DNA of 64,000 nt, taken from Lama glama. Its lineage: Eukaryota. Of this stretch, positions 26,300-38,315 are shown piece by piece (within the stretch, counting starts at the first letter, position 1; the number at the start of each line of letters is the position of its first letter). The position numbers and the translations under genes are program-made. The stretch covers positions 81,966,001 to 82,030,000 of the forward strand of contig CM052816.1 of assembly GCA_028534125.1 (NCBI GenBank), written 5' to 3'. The notes beneath the pieces were generated by a model, which searched no databases, was not told where the DNA came from, and worked only from the letters and a program-made list of their open reading frames with translations.

Positions 26300-26490
26300 C
26301 CAGTCCACCCCAGTCCTCTTAACAGCAGGGGGACCATGGACTAACTGTTACTCTCTTTGCCAAACCTCTGCTTTTTCATCTGTAAAATGGTGATGGTGTT
26401 AGCACCTGCCACACAGGATGGTTAAGTGCATGGCATGATGCCTATTCATAGTAATCACATAAACATATGAATAAATTAGCAGGAATTAGT
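26300..26490 (+). mobile_element. MIR SINE
   Basis: cctctgctttttcatctgtaaaatggtgatggtgttagcacctgccacacaggatggt. Confidence 0.7.
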
Positions 26491-28446
26491 TGTTTTTATT
26501 GCTGCTTCCACTTATAAATTTTATTTATAAATCACTACATTTTGTAGACCTGTGGGTTTATTCAGTAGTAGGGGGAACTGTGGGTGTTAAATTCCCAAAC
26601 ATCAGTGATTCACTAAAAAAGCTTTTGTGATTTTTGCTTTGAGTAATTTCTGTTTTTTTCTTCATTTTGATATAAATGTTGGAATTTGGTAGAAAAGACT
26701 AGATAAAACCCATTGAAGTTTTATGACTAACTTCTTAACTTGAGCTTGCCAAGATATTAATTACATTCAAAATGTGGTTAATTTTATCCCAGGGTTTCTG
26801 TGTTAGCAAAACTGCACTGCTCTATTTTATGTAATGTCTTCGTCATAGCTACAGTGGTAGGTTTTGACCCAGCTTTGATGACCTTTGAGAACATGAATAA
26901 TGATACCTGAAGCAAAAACTATAGGCAACAGATGTGCTAACTTGGTTTTAGCAGCCTCACAATGAATGAAATTCCACAAGTTTATATAAAACTGTTTCAA
27001 TGTTTAGTTGATTTAATTGTCAAGATGCTTCCTGATTGTTCACAGAAATATCCAATAGGTAGATTATTATTAATGAGTAGATTGTCAGCTTGCCCCCATC
27101 ATTGTTTTCCTTTCAGTTTCAGATAAAATGGAATTGAACGATTATTTTTCAAACAATTGTAGGGAGGATATTTACAAAATGTAGGAAACTACCATAGGAT
27201 GAAAATGGAAGCTGTTACATAACATACTGGGTGCTGGCCAGAGCTGTGAGTTATGATGGCGGCGGCCAGTTTCTCCCCTCAGGGGTTTCTCTGTGATCTT
27301 CCTCTACCCCAAACCCTGACGTTCCCATAGTACTCAACACCCATCTGTTCCTGCAGAAGGCAGTGGTGATCTTGCCCTTCTTCTGTCTAGACCAGTGGCT
27401 CTTAACCATTTGGGAGGAGGGTACTTGATGGAGGAGGATTACTGACTCCTTTGGGAAGCTAATGAAAGATCTAAGTCAGCTCTCCAGAAAATGAGCATTT
27501 TAATACATGCACAGTTGAAAAGCACTCTCCTTTTTAAAAGTTCCACTAATTCCTACATGAACAAATAATATGAGAAGTTAAACAATTCATAGCATTCCAG
27601 ATAGTTGTTTATAATATAAAAATATGGCTTGCAGTCTGCTCTCAAGCAGGGCTCCAGAGATAGCAAACAATTGGATTTTCCCAGTGAAGTTGTGAAACAT
27701 GAAATTTACATATTTCTAGTATGAACTCTTGTGCTTGGGGATCAATTTTTTTTAAAATGAGGTACTTTCTGCTGTTGTATTTGTGGTAGTCAAAACTCTC
27801 ATTTGAGTTTATTTTATACTCATGAATTTCTAGCAATACAAAATACTGATAGCATATATGTCTTGTTTTTATTGTCTCTTTTTCCAGTGGATATGAGTTT
27901 TTTTTAAACATACATACTGAAGCATACAAAATCTGAGTCTCTTATCTGAGGGTGAGTGAGACTCATATTATCCTAGGTTGTTCATTGACTTGTGGCTTGT
28001 TCCACATTATGTGTCATGTTATTGTTTTTATTGAATTGAATTACATGGTAGTGGAAAGAGATTTATTGCATGCTTATGCAATGTTGTATCTTTCTTCTTT
28101 TATGGAAAGAATTATGATTTCCATTTATTCAATCTCTGATGTTTTTATAAAAATCATTCATACTGTATCTAGTTCTAAAAGGACTTGAATTGATTTGTAT
28201 ATTATAATACAATAGGACAAGAAATAAGTAGGTACTGAACTCAAAATAAAGAGAAAAATGGATAAGACATTAAAATGAAGCCAGAGGTAAAGTTAGTATA
28301 TGTAGATAATATTTGTTAAGTACTACACAATTTCTGGAACTGGGCCACAAATTTCTCTCTAAACTTGTCTGAGGCTGAATAAAAAAATAAAACATAATTC
28401 ATTACAAACAATATTCCCAGAGCTCTTAAGATAATTCCAACCTATT

Positions 28447-28494
28447 GCTCAGAAGATCTCACTGAGGCTCAGAAGATCTCACTGAGCCTCAGAA
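28447..28494. repeat. 20-bp tandem repeat x2.4 (gctcagaagatctcactgag) containing an 11-bp perfect inverted repeat
   Basis: Units 28447-28466, 28467-28486, partial 28487-28494. Confidence 0.92.
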
Positions 28495-29059
28495 AGATGA
28501 GTATGGAAACCTCATAAAGGGGATATAAATACAAAGATATAGGGCTTCTCAAATCCTTATTAAACAAAAAAAGATTTACCTAGAGATATAAGACATTTTT
28601 AAGTCTTCTGAGGGTTCCTCATTTACTCTACTACATAAAAATCTATTACATATGGTACAAACACCATCGGTACTGCATAACTGGTGTCAAAGAGGTTAAC
28701 TTTGGGTTGAGTTTGTATCTCCCTAGACATACTGGGTGAACCCAAGGGCATGGTCTTATAGCAGAGTCCTAGTCCAGCTTAGGCTAATGTCTGTTCTGAA
28801 CTTGCAACTGGACCACTCAGATCTGATCAGTTCTGAACCCACGTGAACCATCAGAGTTCATAGAAGCTTGCTTGGGGAAAAGTTGAAGTTTGTCCGAGCT
28901 GAACCATATGTAAGGACTCGTAGTGATGGTAGACTAAACTTTCTTGATATACTGACATAAGGCCCTTTAATTTGTAACCATAACCCCTAGGTGATGCTCT
29001 TATTACAGTTATGATTTTACCAATTTTTTTCTTACTTTTTGTCATTTTGAATTTTGTAG

Positions 29060-29162
29060 AAACTTGAACTGGATCGATTTATGCTTTATGCTCATGGACC
29101 CGACCTTTGCAGAGAATCAGACCTTCGACATGCAATGGCTAATTGTTTTGAAGCATTAATAG
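29060..29162 (+). CDS. DROSHA: DROSHA exon I (KLELDRFMLYAHGPDLCRESDLRHAMANCFEALI-G), N1042/E1045 equivalents
   Basis: attttgtag|AAACTT ... ATAG|gtaatt; 103 nt, phase 0-1. Confidence 0.98.
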
Positions 29163-30039
29163 GTAATTTCTCTTTTTATAATCTAGTTCTTTGTATGTCT
29201 AAAATGGAGAGTGCATAAAATTCAATGTGGAGACTTGGGACATAATGAAGTCCCCAGTGTAACAGCCACCTCCTCGTACAGTGGCTGTTGTTCCCCCAGA
29301 GCAGCGGCCACACTTCCCTCTCTTGCATTCCTTGTGCTGGGCGGAAATGGAGTCTCATGTCACACGCATATGAAGTACATGCTGAACTGAATTGAAGTGA
29401 GTTAATACGGAGTGGAGACGGAGTACTTGCCAGATTTGATTCAGGATCGCATACATACATAAACAGTTGCTCGAGAGGCCCTAGTACTGTTTTTGATCAC
29501 GTTTTAAACTGTTCACAAGACTTTCGGACTGAAACGTCTTAAAGACACTGCACACTGAGGATCCCAGGGCCTGGGCCCGTATAGCCAGCATTTACTCACT
29601 TGAAACAGGACTGGTGCCGACTCTTTACTTCCTCGCTCAGGTACTTTACTTCCCTGGTTTCTTTTTTAATGTAACCTGAATATAACTACTTGTTTGTACG
29701 GGAAAGTTAGGAAGAGTTAATTAACTGGTGATTGCATTGTAAAGAACTGTTACAGTAGATTGACAATTCCTTGATTTTTTTAGGTAAGTGATTGAGCACA
29801 TTTTATTTTTCAAAGGCCTTTTGTTCTTCCTTATCAATTTTACCCACTTCCTTTGGAAATGAATATAAAAGCTTCCCATTATAGTTTTGTGCTGATGATG
29901 GTAGCAAGAGAAAGTTTAATAATTATCCAGTCTTTTCACAGCTATGTCTGTTTTGCACAAATATGTCTATTTTCAGAGGGTTTGTCACATGAAATTACTG
30001 TGCTCTGTACACATAATATTTCTGACAGTGTTACAGTTG

Positions 30040-30410
30040 GCTCCACAGCCAGGCAGACATGATCCGGTTTCCTCTCGCATCGTTGACCGGCCCTTTGTCT
30101 TTGCCAAGTTGTTGAATCTCTTTGCGCCTCAGTTTCCCCATCTGTGACATAGAGATGGTGTCAGTTACCTCACAGAGTTGTTGGAAAGAACTTTATAGCT
30201 GATCCTGGCCTCAACAAAGCCAGAGCAAAGTTCCATTACCTTTCAGCCTCCCCCCAATCACCCATTCTGGGCCTTAGTCCTATAAATTTTTCCTGACACC
30301 CTCTTACTGAGGTGCCCTGGAAGGTGAAGATAAGAATGTGAAAATGCTTTGCACGGGGCCTGGGGCATGAGTGACCCCAAAGTCCCTACTAGTATTACTT
30401 TCATCACCAT
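30040..30410 (+). mobile_element. MIR SINE, apparently split by ~135 bp of other sequence
   Basis: gcctcagtttccccatctgtgacatagagatggtgtcagttacctcacagagttgttgg ... aagataagaatgtgaaaatgctttgcacggggcctgg. Confidence 0.65.
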
Positions 30411-31101
30411 TATTGTTACTATTATTACTATAGCTATTGATGAATAATGAATGTCTTTAGCCATCAACAGCCCTGGTGACTGTGTCTTAAAATTTCACAT
30501 GGAAAATAGCCTTTCTGAAGACAGATGTTAAAATATGATTTCAAGAATTCCCCTACTCCAGGGTTGTTTGATACCCAGTTAAAATGTTACTGTAGTATTT
30601 ACTGGTTATGATTAATGGTGAATGTGTGTACAGTGCTTCATTATTTCAAAAATTTTAACTAATTTTTTCAAATTATGGATAAAGTTTGTCCTGATTTTTA
30701 ATTGCAGAAGCCTTCATTGATCTGAACTCAGATTTTATCTATAGTCTGAAATATAAACTATGAATATAGAAAATAAAACATAACATTTTCATCAAGCATT
30801 TGTGCATAGTAATTCCCTTGGTAACAGTTCATACCCACATCCTTCATGGTAGTTCATACTTGGCCTCTTTTTCTTACCATATTAGATTTATATTTTAGTA
30901 AATTGAATTTTGTATTTCAGTGTAACTTACAGTACAAAGCATAGCTAAAAGACGGCAGATGCTGCCATTAAAACAATTGCTTCTGATCGGGTCGATTTTT
31001 TCCATGAGTGGGTTTTGGCTTGCCTTTTTGCTTTTTGCAGAGGTATGTAGTTTTCTCTGAATATTGATGCAGGCTTCCTTTTGGCATTTGCTTTTTTCCA
31101 G

Positions 31102-31172
31102 GAGCTGTCTACTTGGAGGGAAGCCTGGAGGAAGCCAAACAGTTATTTGGACGCTTGCTCTTTAATGATCCG
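31102..31172 (+). CDS. DROSHA: DROSHA exon J (AVYLEGSLEEAKQLFGRLLFNDP)
   Basis: cttttttccag|GAGCTG ... CCG|gtattg; 71 nt, phase 1-0. Confidence 0.98.
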
Positions 31173-32849
31173 GTATTGATCTTGACTCATTTGATTTTTC
31201 TCTGTTACATATGATTCCGGAAGATCTTATATCAATTAGTCTTTGTATCTTAAAGAGCATGTAAAAGGCACAAAACCCCCAAATCTACCATAGATGATAG
31301 ACTTCAAGCTCTGTCACAGATGGGAAAGTTCTGTGGACATTTACACTAGGAGTTTATCTTCTACCTGAAGCCCTGTCTTTTCCTCATGGTCACTTGTAAA
31401 TTACATATGAATGCAAATATTGTGGGACTTTGCTTTATTTTGAAGGACCTTGAAATTAATTATGATTTTATATTTTATAATCATTGGATCCCTACCCCAT
31501 GCAGGATTAGTTGAAGCTACAGCCTTTTGGCTTTTCTGTTTATGATTTGTTTTTATGTAAATTATGTAGACTAGATAAATGTGTGTTTATTTTAGAAAGT
31601 CAGTTCATAGGGAGTTTCTGATAGAGCTATGAGTAAAGAGTGTGGAAGTACTTTTTTTAAAGCAAATTATTGTTTAAGAAAAAATGATAAATTCTAAAAT
31701 AGTTTCTGTTGTTACTAAAGTCTTAAGCTATTAATATTGCCAGAGCTACCTTTTTAGTCCTGTGTGTAATAGAGTATACTAGATGCTTTTTTGTACCAAA
31801 ACAAGTCAATTTAACATTTAAAGGGAGAGGCAACTCTGTATCCCAAATTGAAATGTCATTATAATTGAATGAAATAGCCCTTGTGGAGCAATAAAGAACA
31901 CAGGAAGCCAGTGTTTTAAGCCTTTGTGAAACCTTCAGCTTAAGTGGCTGTCAGATGTTATTACTGTATTCTTTAGGATAGTTTAAAAAAAGAATCAATA
32001 GTTTTGAAAAATGGGACCTAGACAATGTTCATATGTGAAGATTTGATTTTCTTTTACACTTTTTTATAGAGATAGGTGATGATTTTATATTTGTGAATTT
32101 CCTTCTGATGGGAACATTATCTACAGATATTCTGTGTCTCCCATTTTGTCCTACACCTATAAGCAAGTGTGCATCTTGATTTATATGTGGAGCAGATGCG
32201 TTTTAAGTCTCATTCTCAAATCTTAAAATATCTTTGTTCTGGCCTTTTGGCAATTTCAACAACCTCTTTACTTTGTTTTCTCCTTCCAGCCTTGCCTTGG
32301 TGTGCCCCCTCGCCACTTAACTCGTCCCCCACCTCCAGCTCCTCCTGTTCCTTTCTCCCATCTTACCTGCGTCCCCCATCGCCTCCGTGTTCCTATTTTC
32401 CTGGATTATAAACAGCACTGCGCCTGGTATTCTGAATTGCATCAGTTTTGTTTAGATTCTGTATTCTCTTTAAACTGCTTCTCTCCCACCTGTCTACTTA
32501 GCAGGCTTATCTTATATTCCCACAATACTGGCATGTGCAGTGCTTAACAAATGTTTGCTAAAGGAATGAAATGAATAAATGGCTAAATGAAAAAGCAGAA
32601 TCTGAACATCATCTTACCAGTGGGATGGCTAAGGTTCAGAATTTGTTTAGCGTGTCGTTTGTGAAACTGGACAGGGCTTAGTAATATATGGTCTTTCCAC
32701 TTCAGCGTTTTTGGACATTCTAACTCATCTGACATCTCCATATTGGTTTACATCTCTTAGCAGTAGTATGTGAGAGTGTTGACCAGCCATTGTGCTTTTT
32801 CTTGAGTGATGGTACTTTAAAAGTCCGGCTGTCCAAAGACAGCCGGAGA

Positions 32850-33310
32850 CAGGTTGTAGGCCCATGTGGTCAGGTTACTGGCTCCATGCATGGAGCTGGG
32901 GTGGGGGTCAGGGGCATTCACAACAGGGAGAGGGACTCCTTTCTCAGGCCTGGGCTGTGCTGACTGGTTCTTGGTGGGTTGACTTGTCTGAGGCAAGATT
33001 AAAAAGAAGCAAGGGATTAATTTGGGATTGGGGTGCTATCAGGAGCCGAGAGGCAATTTAGCAATTGAGTGTCCCTGGTAATCTTTGTTCAGGGGTAAGA
33101 CATAGCATAGCAGGTCAGAGGGCAACACTGGCAGGAAAGCAATTGTCCCTCAAAGAGAGGGTCGTACTGGATTTTACAGCTGCTGTAAGACCTTGAGGAA
33201 AACGCTGTTTCCTGTTAGCTCTGCAGGCTTTATCTGTGTCGATCTCTCAGCCCTGTTAACAGCAGGGCTGTTTTTCTTTCTTAGCCTGAACTGCTTTTTA
33301 CTCTTTCAGC
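32850..33310. mobile_element. Possible old ERV/LTR fragment, family uncertain
   Basis: Composition shift and LTR-like motifs (ttttacagctgctgtaagaccttgaggaaaacgctgtttcctgttagc); by-eye only. Confidence 0.3.
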
Positions 33311-33539
33311 AGCAGGCAGATTTTGCCAGTTCTGTGGTTCTGTGTTTTTGGGTTACGTGACCCTTTGAGGCTTACCCAGTACGTTTGGAGCCATTGTTTC
33401 CATTTGACCATCCAGTGACCTTCTTAGGAAGATAAGGAGCGATTCCTGTGTAATCCCTCCTGGTCTCCCACCCCGACCCCTTTTTGTCTTCACACATCTG
33501 TCCCAGTTTCTCTGACCCAGCCTTTTTTCTGGAGCTCCA

Positions 33540-34695
33540 AAAATTGAAAAAGGGGTTTCAAGTTGCCTCTGGGCAGCTTCACAGGGGTGTTCCACGGACA
33601 CCTAACTTCAGCAGGTTTAGTATTTAAATATTCCTCCTCCTCCATTTTCATGATCTAAACCAGAAACCTGAGGCTCTTCTTTTGTCCCTGAGCTCCTTTC
33701 TCCCCATCTCCATGCAGTTGTCAGCTTCTATCAGGCAGGTCCCTCTTGTCTCCTGAGTTGGCTTTCTCTTGACCATCCTACTGTTTTCATGTTTGACCTC
33801 GGCTCTCACCTGGAATAATTAACCTGCTGCTCTCGTCCATCATTCATGTTTACTGCTGTCTTCTTTTTATGCACATATTTGATGATGGTCTTTCTGGCTT
33901 AAGAATCTTTGGTTTCTCTTCTTCTTGCCAAACTCTGTATTACACAACATAGCATTTAGTAGTTCTCATAATCTGACTCCCACCTGTTTTTTCCATCTCC
34001 TTTTCACTTCCTCTTTGTGCCATTCTAGGAATTACCTTTTTTAAATTTTTAAGTTAAAAAAATGTTTTTTAGGTTCACAGCAAATTGGAGAGGAATGTAC
34101 TGACATTTCCTCTGTACCCCTTGCCCCCACCTGTGCACAACCGCCTTCATTTCTAACATCCCCTAGCAGTGGCACGTTTGGTACAGTTAATGAATGACAT
34201 ATCATAATCACCCAAAGTTCATAGTTTGCAGGGGGGCTCACTCTCAGTGTTGTGCATTCCATGAATTCAGACAAGCATGTAATGACATCCATCTACCGTT
34301 AGAGTACCATCCATTTTCACTGCCCTAAAATCCTTTGTGCGCTGCCCATTAGGAGTTATCCTTTTGTGTGTACTTTGAGACCTATTATTTCTGTACTTAT
34401 GGTGTCCTGCTTTTGATTCCCTCCCTCTGCCGATTTACTGAATCCCTCCTGTTCTTCAGTATACAGCTGAAGGGTCACCTCCTCGCTGAAGCTTGATCTG
34501 ACACCCAAGCAGTTTTTCTAGCATTTGGTATATATATGTTACTATTATAGAACTTAGCACATTTTATGAAATTATACTTATTTACCTTCGTTTCTCCCCT
34601 CTAGGCTCCTTTGAGGACAGGGATAGTGTCTTATTCATCTTAGTAAGCTAATACATAACAGGTATTCAATAAAAATATGCTGCATGAACAAATGT
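33540..34695 (+). mobile_element. L2 fragment, interrupted by an L1 insertion at ~34.04-34.35 kb
   Basis: L2 tail: ctaggctcctttgaggacagggatagtgtcttattcatc...ggtattcaataaaaatatgctgcatgaacaaatg. Confidence 0.7.
34041..34349 (-). mobile_element. L1MC/L1MB-like 3' end with degenerate TSD
   Basis: cataatcacccaaagttcatagtttgc...ttcactgccctaaaatcctttgtgc; flanks taggaattacctttt (34026-34040) and taggagttatcctttt (34350-34365). Confidence 0.82.
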
Positions 34696-35069
34696 CCCAA
34701 CAGTCAGTGAACATTTTCCAGAAGAGCAAACTGAAGATAAAAGCTTTACCTAAGATCCTTGGGCTAATAGAGCTGAGATTCCAATCAAGATGTTTTCCAG
34801 GTTATTTTCTCTGACACCAGATGCAGCAGACCCTTATCTCACTGTGTAGGTAGATTAAAGGCAGTAGATGCCATTGAAGTAGGCTAGTTGTGAGGTTTTA
34901 AGCTGTCACACCAAGATGGTTGGCAGTAGACATCATAGGAGAAATCAGTGTTTTTGAGTGAATAACACATAGTAGGAAGGAGAAAGATCGAGAAGTCCCT
35001 GAGAATTCTGAGCTTTGGAGGTTAGAGTTGGTCAGAAGAGATCATTATTTATTGTTACTGTTGCTGTCA

Positions 35070-35285
35070 CCATTATTAATAGAGGCGTATTCTGTGTACC
35101 AGCATTGGGTTTAATGCTCTGAGTGCATTGCTCATTGAGGCATCAGAAAACACTTTGAAGTAGGTAGTGTAATTATCTTTGTCTTACGCTTGAGAAGGCT
35201 ACGCTCAGAGAGGTTAAGTAATTTCCCAACATGGAATCGGGATCGAACGCAGGCAGCGTGCAGCCTTTCCTAACACCATACTCCC
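35070..35285 (-). mobile_element. MIR SINE
   Basis: gaagtaggtagtgtaattatctttgtcttacgcttgagaaggctacgctcagagaggttaagtaatttcccaa. Confidence 0.7.
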
Positions 35286-36581
35286 TAGTGTAATGTGAAC
35301 AGTGAGAATTTTTATTTGGTCATTTAGGTATGAGGTAAAAGATGCCCATTAAGGCACTTAGAGTTATGGACTTGTAGCTTGGATGAGAGGTCAGACTTCA
35401 GCAGAGAACGAGTAATTTAAACCGAGGGGGCAGTTAAAGCAATGGGAGTAGTGGGGCTCTCTGGAGGAGCAGGTAATGCATAGGTCAGGCAGGGGGCTGA
35501 AGTTTGGTAAATGTCCATTGCAGATGTAGCAGGAAGAAAAAAAGCATTGAGAGAGCAACAGAAAGTTGCAGGAAGGGCATGACATTCGGTGTTATTCAGC
35601 TATAGAGAATTCAAGGGAAAGGTTATTGAATTGGTGAAGAGAAGTCCGTTAAAATGCCTTAAAAGAACATTTTGATATTTAAGCTTTTTTTTTTAACATA
35701 TTGGGAAATAAAGAAAGACACCTAAGTGTATTTTATTAAGCTGCAGGTTGTACCAAAATATCAGGTATTTTATTTCACTTTGTCATCATCTGTGCCACAA
35801 GTGTGATAAACTTTCCCATACTTCTCCCCTCCAAAAATTAAAAAAATTATTTTTCCCTCTTTTAAAAATTTTGTTATTTATCTCAAAAACCTATTATTGA
35901 GGCCAGAAAGCAGATTCAGCCAGAGGCTCCCTAGAGTCTAAAACTGAAGGAAGCACTTTAATCCTGAGGAAGGTCTAATTATAACTGCCTCCAGATTTAA
36001 CTCAATGAATAAAATAACATATTAAGATTTTCCACAAAATTTATTCTTTCCCTTATTTCAAGTAAACATTTGTAATGACCCACAGTAAAAGGGTGATCTC
36101 ACAAATCTAAGAGTTTAGCACGCACTATATGGGATGTTTTCTACGCCATTTTGAAACTGCTCTATGATAATGAATTAGTGCCTAAAATAAACAACCATTT
36201 GAGATGCATTTTAATTACAAAAGGCACAGCTGATGCACATTTCTGGGAAATGGTAAACTAAAAAATGTAATTAAAACAACAGCTTAATCCAGTGTATTAG
36301 GTTAAGCAAATGTGTAACTTAGTTTTAAAAGGTGTCTTTGACTCCTGGGGGTGGGGGTGGCTCTCTTCCCCCCTAGCTTAACAGGCTAATTGGAGTCACT
36401 TCAGGCAGTTTAGGTGGTGAATACACTTTAAAAAAATTAGTTTGCCAGCACTATTGAATTTGCAATAAGTGGAGTCAGCATCTGAAATAGTTCAGTATTT
36501 CACATAATGGCATTATATTTAGTACTCTAGAGTGTGTTAAATGACTCCCTCTGGCATTAAAGGCATCACTCCATCTTCTAG

Positions 36582-36626
36582 GATCTGCGTGAAGTCTGGC
36601 TTAATTATCCTCTCCACCCACTCCAG
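36582..36626 (+). CDS. DROSHA: DROSHA exon K (DLREVWLNYPLHPLQ)
   Basis: catcttctag|GATCTG ... CAG|gtaagt; 45 nt, phase 0-0. Confidence 0.97.
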
Positions 36627-37272
36627 GTAAGTGTGACCTTCCTGTCTGCAGTGAGCTTTATAACTCTGGGGGTGATGCTTCAGTTTGCCTTTTGTCCCCT
36701 CCTGCTTTTATTCTTTGATTCCCTTCAGTGGCATTTTGACTTTAAGCTGGGGTGTCAGGATTAGAAAATTTTGGAACAAATGGTAAAGGAACCTATGCAT
36801 TGCATTTTTGTGGTCTAGGGTGCAGCAGGGGAAGCACTGGGAGTCGCCTTGCCTCCCAAGGCAGGTAGAACCACTTGTGTGGCTATGGTTTGATCCCCTC
36901 TCTCCCCCTAACAGTGATAGTCAAAGCACAATATGGTGACTCCGGTATTATAGGGGTAATAATATGGAGGCAAGTCTGGGCTTATTACAAAGTAGAACAG
37001 ATACTAAATTAACATTGCTAAATTGTAACCTAATTTGGATCTTAGAAATTGAAGGCTTTGACTCTGATTGCATAAAACATTGTAGATTAAAATTTTAGTA
37101 CAGTATAATGACTTTTTATTCAAGATTTTGGAGTTTAAAAGAGCTACATGTGGTGAAGCTCTTTCCCCCAGTTGGTTTAAAATTCTTACCATTCTTTGCT
37201 TTTATTTCCCTTTTACCTTGGAGATATACATATATATACATGTATGTGTATACTTATATATACATATTTTTA

Positions 37273-37340
37273 TATATGTAGATTATATATAATAATAATC
37301 ACATATATTAGTGTATATGTAGATTATATATAATAATAAT
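37273..37340. repeat. 27-bp direct repeat (period 41) within a TA-rich tract
   Basis: tatatgtagattatatataataataat at 37273-37299 and 37314-37340. Confidence 0.88.
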
Positions 37341-37622
37341 TGCTCAATTCTCGTTAATGGCTTTATAGTAATTAGTGACACTAATTCAGAGTACTTTAGA
37401 AACATTTTATTGATAAGAACTTGCCCAAAGTTCCTGAAAATGTTCATTTTAATTATACTTTTCATGTTTGCTTTCTGACCATGGTTAAAGGCTCACTGTT
37501 ATGTGGGACACCTGCCTAGTGGTATAATAATCTCCAATGTAAGCTGTATCCAGTTTTAATGATGTTCATTTGCCAAAATAGGTTGGTCCCTAGAAAACAC
37601 ACAGCAGTCAAGTTACTCAGTG

Positions 37623-37807
37623 AGGTGGTTCTCAAAATGTGGTCCCCAGACTAGCAGCATGTGTGCTACCTGTGAACTTATCAGAAAGGCAAATTCTCGG
37701 TCCCTCCTTCAGGGTACTGAATCAGAAGCTCTGGGGGCAGGGCCTGGACATCTGCATTTAACAAGCCCTGCAAAAACTTGATGAATGCTAAAGTTTGAGA
37801 ATCACTC
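37623..37807. mobile_element. MER5A hAT-Charlie MITE
   Basis: TIRs gtggttctcaaa (37625-37636) and tttgagaatcac (37794-37805); body tactgaatcagaagctctggggg. Confidence 0.88.
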
Positions 37808-38157
37808 AGTTACTAGGTGTGTGTATATGTGTATATATACATATTTTCTACCAGCAGTTCTTGAGCTTGCCTCTTCCTTGGAGAGTTAGTATAATACTTG
37901 GGATTTTGAACTGTCTGTGTACAGTATTTGGCCTTGAAATCTGATAGAAGATTGGAAAATATTATTTGAGCCTTCTTTAAATACTAGGTTTGTTTGCCAG
38001 TCTAAGGGATGAGAAAGACGCTTTTGTGTTTCATTGGCATTTCAGAAATTTCCACTCATGGGAGAAGGAATTTTACAAAATGCTGTCCTAGAAATGATAA
38101 TTACTTTTGTAACCAAAAACTTCACATGATTTTTTATTTATTTCTCTCTTCCTGTAG

Positions 38158-38315
38158 CTACAAGAGCCAAATACTGATCGACAACTTATTGAGACTTCTC
38201 CAGTTCTACAGAAACTTACTGAATTTGAAGACGCAATTGGAGTAATTTTTACCCATGTTCGACTTTTGGCAAGAGCATTCACGTTGAGAACGGTGGGATT
38301 TAACCATCTGACCCT
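38158..38315 (+). CDS. DROSHA: DROSHA exon L (LQEPNTDRQLIETSPVLQKLTEFEDAIGVIFTHVRLLARAFTLRTVGFNHLT-L)
   Basis: ctcttcctgtag|CTACAA ... ACCCT|gtgagt; 158 nt, phase 0-2. Confidence 0.98.

Noticed and set aside
28447..28494. CRISPR-like repeat array
   Set aside because: Adjacent tandem units with no spacers, in a mammalian intron with no cas genes.
29228..29291. Two adjacent small stem-loops (ggagactt/aagtcccc; aacagccac/gtggctgtt) as an H/ACA RNA or pri-miRNA
   Set aside because: Stems of 8-11 bp are far too short, no H or ACA boxes are properly placed, and several such stems are expected by chance in 64 kb.
32881..32896. Perfect 16-bp palindrome gctccatgcatggagc
   Set aside because: About one is expected by chance in 64 kb (64000/4^8); no supporting context.
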